35,863 nt of DNA from Thermoplasmatota archaeon (GTDB taxonomy: Archaea; Thermoplasmatota; SW-10-69-26; JACQPN01; JAJPHT01): contig JBFILE010000001.1 of NCBI GenBank assembly GCA_041599855.1, forward strand, positions 1 to 35,863, in the 5' to 3' direction. The notes under the pieces are model-generated. The model saw nothing but the letters and a program-made list of their open reading frames with translations, had not been told where the DNA came from and made no database searches. Of this stretch, positions 15,686 through 22,600 are shown piece after piece. Position 1 is the first letter of the stretch, and each line of letters starts with the position of its first letter. The position numbers and the translations under genes were made by a program.

Positions 15686-18600
15686 ATGGAACGCTCGATC
15701 AATCTCCGGGAATTCATCCACGCGCTCCGGGACTCGAGCGCCGACGTCCCGCCCGCCCGACTCCTTGCGAACGCGCCCGATGCATGGGCCGCGCTCACGA
15801 CCGACGACCGCGCTGCGATCCTCGCCCATTTCGACATGGCCGACGTGGACGCCGACGCCCTGACCATCGCCATCCGCAAGGTCTCGGATGGACCGTCCAC
15901 GGTGGACAATGTCCGCGTGATCCTGTCATGGCCGGGAGACGACGCCGCGACCGACGGCCACGATTCCGGTGACCAGCGTGCCGACGGTGAAGAGGTTCCG
16001 GCGCAGGAAGGACTCCCGTCAACCGCCCACGGGGAACTGGAAGGTCCGCCTGTGGCGGAAGCCCTCGCCGACGACAGCGGAGAACCCGCCCCGGACCTGT
16101 CGCCCGACATGTCGCCCGGAATGCCGCTGGACGAAGCGCCGGACATGTCGCCCGGAATGCCGCGCGACGACGCGCCGGACATGGCCCCCGCGTCGGACGA
16201 AGGCCACGCCCCAATCGACACCGACCACTTCGCGTTCGACGAAACGACCACCGCCGAGGTCCTGCCGAACGAGGCCTCCGAGGATGGGGCCCAACCGGCC
16301 ACCTTCGAACATTTCGAGGCCCTGGCGGAAGACGCATCCGCCGAGGCCATGATGGCGGAGGGGTTGCCGGAGACCGATGACGCCGTCGAAATGGACGTGT
16401 CTGCGCCTTCCGACAGCGAACCATTCGCGGAATCCGCCCTCGTCCATGCCTCTCCCGATGAGCCGGTTTTCGTGACTGCGGAGGAAGTGCCGGGAACGGA
16501 ACTCGCGGGCCACGGCGTCCTCTCCCCGCCCGGGGCCCATGACCACGCCCCGGGCTACGCCGGTCCCGATTCAAACGCCTCGGCACCCGAGCCCTTCGAC
16601 GATCTCGACGCCATGACGGAAGAGCGGCAGGGCCCGACCGCCCTTGCGATCGTCGATGATGAACCGACCCTGGATGCCGACGCTGGACCCCTCGCCGAGG
16701 AGCCGGAACCGGTCGACCCGGAAACCGGAAGCGCAGCGGCGGAAGCGGGTGCTCCCGCGGACGCCGACACCGACGCCGAAGTCGGGGGCGAACTCCCCCC
16801 CGGCGAGGGCGATCCCTTCGAGGAACCGAAGAAGGGCCTCTTCGGAAAACTCTTCAAGAAAAAAGCTGCGGACGCATCCGATTCCGACGGGCCGATCACG
16901 GTCATCCCGCCCCTTGAGGCCCCCCTCCGCGAGATCGAGGTCTACCCGATCCAGGACCCCTACGCGTTCGTCCGCATCGCCTACGATGACAAGGCGCACG
17001 AGTACGTCTACGAGGTCCTTGAACCGCAGATGGATGAGCGGGAACAGAACATCCTCGAATTCGTCGAGGAGACCCTCGTCGATGTCATCGAGGTCGGCCT
17101 CGCAAAGCTCGGCATGAAGGCCGCCGCCGAGATGCTCACACGGAGCATCGACGAGATCATCTTCGACTACTCCATCGTCCTTTCCCCCAAGTCCAAGGAG
17201 AAGGTCGTGTACTACATCCTGAGGAATTTCCTCGGGTTCGGAAAACTCGACCCCATGATGCGGGACAGTGAGATCGAGGATATCTCGTGCGACGGACCCA
17301 ACATCCCGATCTTCGTGTACCACCGGAAGTACGAGTCGTTCCGCAGCACCATCATGTTCAATGATCATGACGAAGCGGATTCCTTCGTCATCCGGCTCGC
17401 CCAGCGGTCCGGGAAGCACATCTCGATCGCCGAACCCCTGCTCGATGCCACGCTCCCGGACGGGTCGCGTCTGAATGCGACGTTGTCCGACGAGGTTACC
17501 GCGAACGGGTCCACGTTCACCATCCGGAAGTTCAAGCCGGATCCGTTCTCCCCGCCTGACCTTGTCCGCTTCGGCACCATGAATGCCGACATCCTCGCGT
17601 ACTGGTGGCTTGCCGTCCAGAATGGCGCGAGCGCCATCTACGCCGGAGGGACGGCTTCCGGGAAGACGACATCGCTCAATGCGATCCTGCTCTTCATTCC
17701 CGCGCAGATGAAGATCGTATCGATCGAGGATACGCGTGAAGTGAACCTGCCGCACCCGAACTGGATCCCCGGTGTGACGCGATCCGGCTTCGGGCCCCGC
17801 GACTCCCACGGGCGACAAGCCGGTGAGATCGACATGTTCACGCTCCTGAAGGCGGCCCTCCGCCAGCGGCCGGAATACATCCTCGTGGGTGAAGTGCGTG
17901 GCGCCGAGGCGTACGCCCTCTTCCAGGCCATGGCCACGGGCCACACGGCCTACGGGACCATGCACGCGGACTCGGCGGAAAGCGTCATCCACCGGTTGGA
18001 ATCGAGCCCGATCTCCATCCCGCGGAGTCTCCTTGAAGCCCTCGACATCGTCTCCATCCAGATCCAGACCCGCATCGGGGAACGCCGCGTGCGCCGCACC
18101 AAGGAACTCATCGAGATCGTGGGACTCGACCCCCATACCCGGGAGATCCTCACGAACGAGGTGTTCTCGTGGCATCCCGCCACGGATGAATTCGAGTTCA
18201 GCGGCGTCTCGTACGTCCTTGAGCGCATCCAGATGGAGCGGAACATGAGCGCCCACGACATGCGCCTCGAATTCGACGACCGGAAGCTCGTCATCGACTG
18301 GCTCATCAAGAAGGAGATCAACGATTACCTCGAAGTCGCCCACGTGATCCAACGCTACTACAAGGAGAAGGACAAGCTCATGGAGGAGGTCCGCCGCGAC
18401 ATGGAGGACGCACCGGTGGCCGATGAGCCGATGGCGGCGGATGACGCGTCGGACGACGAGCCCTTCGAGTTCGACGCCACTCCCCCGGATCATGAGAACG
18501 TCCTCGAACGCGGCGACCATGACCTCCTCGAAGCCGGCGATCCGGACCGCCTCGAACCCGGGGACCCGGATCTCCTTGAAGCCGGGAACGGCGACCTCCT

Positions 18601-18838
18601 CGAAGCCGGGAACGGCGACCTCCTTGAGAGCGGCGGATTCACGGCCCTGCCGAGCGAGGTCCCGAGCCCCGAGGAATCCCTCCACCGGGGCGACGGGGAT
18701 TCCCCGGATGCCGAAGGCGGCGCGGACGCGGCAGATGCGACCGACGACCGCAGGGACCACGGCCTTGTGGCGCCGTTGAACAGGAAGAAGAACGGGTCGC
18801 CCGACGGCGAGAACGGGGAGGGCGAGCGTGGCGCTTAA
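15686..18838 (+). CDS. ArlI/FlaI/PilB-family type IV filament secretion ATPase, with a ~400-aa N-terminal extension and a ~130-aa acidic repeat-containing C-terminal tail
   Basis: The core starts near residue 400 (ITVIPPLEAPLREIEVYPIQDPYAFVRIAYDD...YEVLEP). IEDISCDGPN...; Walker A AGGTASGKTTSLNA; Walker B KIVSIEDTREV; PEYILVGEVRGAEA; His box GHTAYGTMHA. ATG is 4 nt after the stop of the preceding pilin gene. Confidence 0.85.
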   Translation: MERSINLREFIHALRDSSADVPPARLLANAPDAWAALTTDDRAAILAHFDMADVDADALTIAIRKVSDGPSTVDNVRVILSWPGDDAATDGHDSGDQRADGEEVPAQEGLPSTAHGELEGPPVAEALADDSGEPAPDLSPDMSPGMPLDEAPDMSPGMPRDDAPDMAPASDEGHAPIDTDHFAFDETTTAEVLPNEASEDGAQPATFEHFEALAEDASAEAMMAEGLPETDDAVEMDVSAPSDSEPFAESALVHASPDEPVFVTAEEVPGTELAGHGVLSPPGAHDHAPGYAGPDSNASAPEPFDDLDAMTEERQGPTALAIVDDEPTLDADAGPLAEEPEPVDPETGSAAAEAGAPADADTDAEVGGELPPGEGDPFEEPKKGLFGKLFKKKAADASDSDGPITVIPPLEAPLREIEVYPIQDPYAFVRIAYDDKAHEYVYEVLEPQMDEREQNILEFVEETLVDVIEVGLAKLGMKAAAEMLTRSIDEIIFDYSIVLSPKSKEKVVYYILRNFLGFGKLDPMMRDSEIEDISCDGPNIPIFVYHRKYESFRSTIMFNDHDEADSFVIRLAQRSGKHISIAEPLLDATLPDGSRLNATLSDEVTANGSTFTIRKFKPDPFSPPDLVRFGTMNADILAYWWLAVQNGASAIYAGGTASGKTTSLNAILLFIPAQMKIVSIEDTREVNLPHPNWIPGVTRSGFGPRDSHGRQAGEIDMFTLLKAALRQRPEYILVGEVRGAEAYALFQAMATGHTAYGTMHADSAESVIHRLESSPISIPRSLLEALDIVSIQIQTRIGERRVRRTKELIEIVGLDPHTREILTNEVFSWHPATDEFEFSGVSYVLERIQMERNMSAHDMRLEFDDRKLVIDWLIKKEINDYLEVAHVIQRYYKEKDKLMEEVRRDMEDAPVADEPMAADDASDDEPFEFDATPPDHENVLERGDHDLLEAGDPDRLEPGDPDLLEAGNGDLLEAGNGDLLESGGFTALPSEVPSPEESLHRGDGDSPDAEGGADAADATDDRRDHGLVAPLNRKKNGSPDGENGEGERGA
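16103..16200 (+). repeat. 36-nt in-frame tandem repeat in the ATPase N-terminal extension
   Basis: PDMSPGMPLDEA / PDMSPGMPRDDA / PDMAPASDEG. At the DNA level, ggacatgtcgcccggaatgccgc occurs twice. Confidence 0.8.
18515..18634 (+). repeat. Five 24-nt in-frame tandem repeats in the ATPase C-terminal tail
   Basis: DHDLLEAG / DPDRLEPG / DPDLLEAG / NGDLLEAG / NGDLLESG. gaagccgggaacggcgacctcct is duplicated exactly. Confidence 0.85.
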
Positions 18839-19703
18839 CGAGTTTCAGCGGGTATCGTACAAGATGTTCGGCGGCGCCGTCTCCAACATGGGGAACGTGG
18901 CCAAACTCAAGGACGACCTCAGGCAGGCCCACCTCGGCATCCGGGCGGAAGCGTTCCTAGCGACCAGCTTCGTGATCGCCGGCATATCGACACTCCTCAG
19001 TCTCGTCCTCGCGTTGCTCGCGTACACCATCCTCCTGCCCCTCGCAGGAATCGCACTGCCGCCCCTTGCCATCGTGGGCGTCATCATGTTCCCGATCTTC
19101 GTCGGCCTCATGGCCTACGTGTCCACGGTTGCCGGGCCCGCGTCCCGCGCCAAGGCGCGGTCCAAGGACATCGACATGAAGATCCCGTACGCGCTGAACT
19201 ACATCGCGGCAATGGCCAGCGCCGGGGTCCAGCTCGACGAGATGTTCCGGTCCCTTGCGAACCAGAAGATCTACGGGGAGTGCGCGCGGGAAGCCGAACG
19301 GCTGTACCGTGACATGGCCTACTTCGGACGCGATTCCGTGAGCGCCATGAAGCTCGCCATCGGACGGTCGCCGTCCGAGAAGTGGACGGAATTCCTCCAG
19401 GGCGCCATCACCACCGTCACGAGTGGCGGCGACCTGCAGGTGTACTTCCAGGCCAAGGCGCAGCGGTACATGTGGGAGAACCGCCAGGAACAGAAGGCCT
19501 TCGTCGAGATGATGGGGCTCATGGCGGAAACGTATGTGACCGCGTGTGTGGCCGGCCCCCTCTTCCTCATCGTCATGATGGCGATCATGGGCATGATGGG
19601 AGGCGGCGGACCCGGTCAACTGCTCCTCATCGTGTACGGGCTCCTGCCCATTGCGAATGCCGGTTTCGTCTTCGCCCTCCAGGCGATGACCCCGGAGGTG
19701 TGA
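18828..19703 (+). CDS. Type IV filament platform protein, single T2SSF domain (ArlJ/TadB-like half)
   Basis: N-terminal TM helices, a cytoplasmic T2SSF-like domain (IPYALNYIAAMASAGVQLDEMFRSLA...SAMKLAIGRSPSEKWTEFLQGAITTVTSGGDLQVYF), then 2 C-terminal TM helices. GTG start with GGGGAGGG 6 nt upstream. Overlaps the ATPase stop by 11 nt. Confidence 0.75.
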   Translation: MALNEFQRVSYKMFGGAVSNMGNVAKLKDDLRQAHLGIRAEAFLATSFVIAGISTLLSLVLALLAYTILLPLAGIALPPLAIVGVIMFPIFVGLMAYVSTVAGPASRAKARSKDIDMKIPYALNYIAAMASAGVQLDEMFRSLANQKIYGECAREAERLYRDMAYFGRDSVSAMKLAIGRSPSEKWTEFLQGAITTVTSGGDLQVYFQAKAQRYMWENRQEQKAFVEMMGLMAETYVTACVAGPLFLIVMMAIMGMMGGGGPGQLLLIVYGLLPIANAGFVFALQAMTPEV

Positions 19704-19706
19704 TCC

Positions 19707-22319
19707 ATGAACGGGAACGCGAACCGGGGAGAAGCGCCGACCGAACCGCAACAGGACGCGCCGGAAGCGGGCCGCCTGCCACCCACGGGACTCCTCGCCG
19801 ACCCCCGGCGACTCGCAAGGATTGCGAAGATCATGGGATTCACCGCGGCGATCGTCGCGGTTTCCGCCGTCCTCGTGAGCCTGTTCGTGTCCCCCACGGG
19901 GGCTGTCCTCGTCCTTGGACTCGCACTCGCGATGGCCACCGTGCCGGTGGTCGCATTCGCCCTCGCACCCCTCCCGCAGGTGGACGAGGCGGACGAGGAA
20001 CTCGCGTTCCGGGGCGACCTGTTCCTCAACGGATACACGATCGTCCTGTCGATCGCGTTCCTGACCCTCGGGCTCATCAACGTGCTCGCGATCTTCGCCG
20101 CATTCGGGGCGTTCCTCGTCTTCGGCGATTTTGCCGAGAACTTCGTGAACCTGTTCGTGGTCGTCCTCGCGGGCCCCGTCGGACTCCTCGCCCTTGCCAT
20201 CCCGCTCGCGGCAACGTCCAACACGAAGGGCGCCCGACGCCTCAGCCGGCAGGCGCTCCAGGCAACGTGGATCACTCTCGGCGCGACCGCACTCCTCGGC
20301 GTCCTGACACTCGGGACGGCCTTCGGCGCCCTCGATGCCCTCGGCATCGGGTTCATGAAATCGTCGCGCGCGAGCTTCGTGCTCGCGTTCGCAGCCATCA
20401 CCGCGTACCTTGCGGCCCGGAACACGCTCCGCCTCCCGGACCTGAGGGCGGTCGCGGAATGGATCGAGCATGAGCCGCGGTTCCGTGATTCGAACATCCC
20501 GAAAGCCACGGTCATCGCGGCAAGCGCCCTCTCCGGCCTCGCCGTCATCCTCAGCCTCCTCGCCGGCTTCGGCGTGCTCCCGGAAACCACGGCCATCTAC
20601 GCCGTCGTGGGTGCCATCGCGACCATCCTCGTGGCCGCATTCTCCATGGGCGTGACCCACGTGGAGACCCGCCTCGAATTCGGGGAAGGCGTGGAGGGCG
20701 CGCGACACCTGCGCAAGCTCATCCTGGGCACACTCAGCGTCGCCCTCGGCCTCCTCGCACTTGTCCTTGCCATCGTGACCGGCCTCGCGTTCCTCGCGCA
20801 GGTGGCCAACGTCGCACTCTTCAAGGACCTGCTGCGCCTGTTCGTGGACAACCATCCGCTCATCCTCGCCCTGGCCCTCCTGCCGCTTCTTGCCACTGTG
20901 ATTGCGCGTGTCTACGTGCCCACGGACGTGAAGTACACGGAGCGCGCCAAGGCCCTGAGCGCCGTCCTCGTCACTGTCATCGCCGTCAGCACATTCTACG
21001 GTGGATTCATCGGAAGCGGCCTCGCCCAAGGCGCCGGCATCGAACTCTCGAATGCGGTCCTGATGCTCTCGACCGCGGTCATCGCGCTCACCCTGTTCGT
21101 CAAGATCCGTGCCCTCCTGCCCGGCATCGTCAGCATGATGCGGGAGCGCATCGACGCGAGCGCGGAAGCGGACACGACCACGAAGGAGACCATCCGACGG
21201 AACATGATCGCCACATACGTGGTGAGCACCGTGCTCCTCCTCGCGTTCACCGGCGTCATCGTGGCCGCGAGCCTCGGCGTCCTCCCCGTCCAGGAGGGCG
21301 TCGCCTTCGACCTCACGCTTTTCGGCGTCTTCGTCGGCGGCATCATCCTCCTCGTCGTCCTCGTGATGAGGTACTTCCAGGGCGTCAACATCGACCCCCA
21401 GTGGGCCAAGAAGCAGAAGGAGGAGGACATCGGGAAGAAGCGGCTCACGCCCGAGGAACTCAACCGGTACCTCATCCTCGGATTCAGCAGCGTCGTCGCG
21501 GTCACGCTGACCACGTACGGTGCCCTCGTCTACGCCGAGATCTTCAACGCCCTCGGCCCCATCGACCTCGAGAAGCAGCATGCGACCGACTTCTTCGTGT
21601 TCGCGCTCCTCCTCGGTCTCGGCCCGTACGGCTGGTACCAGAACAAGGAGGCTGCCCGCATGCGGGCCATCGACAGCAAGTTCCCGGAATTCCTCCGCGA
21701 CCTCGCAGAGAGCGAGCGCAGCGGGATGACCCTGACCCAGGCCGTCGTGACGGCGTCCAAGGGGAACTACGGGGCCCTCACCTGGGAAATCCGCAAGATG
21801 GGTGCCCAGATCGAGTGGGGCATCTCGTTCACCGAAGCCATCGAACGCTTCGCCAAACGCGTCCGCACGCCCCTCATCGAACGCACCGTGAGCCTCATCG
21901 TGGAAGCCTCGAATGCGGGAGGCAGCGTCATGGACGTCCTCTCGGCAGCGGCGGAGGACAGCCGCGAGATCCAGCTCATCCTGAAGGAACGGAAGGCCTC
22001 GATGAGCATCTACGTGATGATCATCTACGTGGCATTCTGCGTGTTCGTGGGCGTCGTCGCCATCCTGAACGCCATGTTCATCCCCGAGGTCGCAAAGGCC
22101 ATGGCGAACGCGGATGGTGTGAAGATCGGGGGCGTCACGTTCCAGAAGTTCGACGAGGGCGCGTTCAAGATCGTGTTCTTCCACGCCGCCATCATCCAGG
22201 GCCTCGGCGGCGGACTCGTGGCCGGAGTGATGGAGGGCGGAAAGCCCGTGAACGGGCTCAAGCACGCATTCATCATGATCATCATCGCATACGTGGTGTT
22301 CCGGTTCCTCCTGATCTGA
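19707..22319 (+). CDS. Type IV filament platform protein, second T2SSF domain (ArlJ/TadC-like half), fused to a ~580-aa polytopic N-terminal membrane domain
   Basis: About 17 hydrophobic helices by eye. Then FPEFLRDLAESERSGMTLTQAVVTASKGNYGALTWEIRKMGAQIEWGISFTEAIERFAKRVRTPLIERTVSLIVEASNAGGSVMDVL (T2SSF signature) and 3 more TM helices. GGAGGTG lies 7 nt upstream of the ATG. 3-nt gap after the previous gene. Confidence 0.75.
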   Translation: MNGNANRGEAPTEPQQDAPEAGRLPPTGLLADPRRLARIAKIMGFTAAIVAVSAVLVSLFVSPTGAVLVLGLALAMATVPVVAFALAPLPQVDEADEELAFRGDLFLNGYTIVLSIAFLTLGLINVLAIFAAFGAFLVFGDFAENFVNLFVVVLAGPVGLLALAIPLAATSNTKGARRLSRQALQATWITLGATALLGVLTLGTAFGALDALGIGFMKSSRASFVLAFAAITAYLAARNTLRLPDLRAVAEWIEHEPRFRDSNIPKATVIAASALSGLAVILSLLAGFGVLPETTAIYAVVGAIATILVAAFSMGVTHVETRLEFGEGVEGARHLRKLILGTLSVALGLLALVLAIVTGLAFLAQVANVALFKDLLRLFVDNHPLILALALLPLLATVIARVYVPTDVKYTERAKALSAVLVTVIAVSTFYGGFIGSGLAQGAGIELSNAVLMLSTAVIALTLFVKIRALLPGIVSMMRERIDASAEADTTTKETIRRNMIATYVVSTVLLLAFTGVIVAASLGVLPVQEGVAFDLTLFGVFVGGIILLVVLVMRYFQGVNIDPQWAKKQKEEDIGKKRLTPEELNRYLILGFSSVVAVTLTTYGALVYAEIFNALGPIDLEKQHATDFFVFALLLGLGPYGWYQNKEAARMRAIDSKFPEFLRDLAESERSGMTLTQAVVTASKGNYGALTWEIRKMGAQIEWGISFTEAIERFAKRVRTPLIERTVSLIVEASNAGGSVMDVLSAAAEDSREIQLILKERKASMSIYVMIIYVAFCVFVGVVAILNAMFIPEVAKAMANADGVKIGGVTFQKFDEGAFKIVFFHAAIIQGLGGGLVAGVMEGGKPVNGLKHAFIMIIIAYVVFRFLLI

Positions 22320-22555
22320 GGCCATGGCCGGTCGTCGCGGATGGCCCACGTGAGCCGCCGCGTCGGCTGACCTCCACGGGTGAGGTCCCCCGCCTTGATT
22401 CGCAGCGCGAGGCACCGTGGGCGGTGAGCGCGGGGACCGGGCGCCGGGGAAGAACAGCCGTGGCGCCGCTGCGTCCACGTCCCGCGCAACGGTCCATCCG
22501 CAGGAACCTTGGAGGGCCACCGGGGCACAGGGGCCCCGGAGCCACGAGGGCAACG

Positions 22556-22567
22556 GTAAATAGGGAG
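22556..22567 (+). promoter_or_regulatory. TATA-box-like element (GTAAATAGGGAG)
   Basis: A/T-rich box plus GGGAG, 34-45 nt upstream of the TTG 22601 start, inside a 281-nt intergenic gap. Confidence 0.35.
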
Positions 22568-22600
22568 TTCAGAGAGAAGCCAGGGGGACGGGGTTCCAAG

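Noticed and set aside
16851-16866. The A6 run (TTC AAG AAA AAA GCT) at the junction of the ATPase extension and core, as a frameshift site.
   Set aside because: In the zero frame it is not an A-AAA-AAG heptamer. It simply encodes the Lys-rich KKGLFGKLFKKK motif, and the reading frame continues uninterrupted.
13180-22319. Calling the ArlH/ArlI/ArlJ-like genes a canonical archaellum operon.
   Set aside because: I can see no archaellin-type subunit and no ArlC/D/E/X or ArlF/G candidates. The gene order differs, with pilins between H and I. The subunits have Pilin_N-type N-termini and the downstream genes are adhesin-like. An HMM search is needed to be certain.
16571-22553. Long minus-strand ORFs (16571-18760, 18957-22553) antisense to the ATPase and platform genes.
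   Set aside because: Asp/Glu/Arg/His/Gly-rich shadow frames. The plus-strand frames contain Walker A/B, the His box and T2SSF motifs, with SD-coupled starts.
21401-22600. Upstream 400 codons of ORF 21401-25192, which would extend the FN3 protein back into the platform gene.
   Set aside because: This part is out of frame with the T2SSF/TM-coding frame of 19707-22319 and is Arg/Pro/His/Gly-rich. The pilin-like signal begins only at ~22660, and a TATA-like box lies at 22556.
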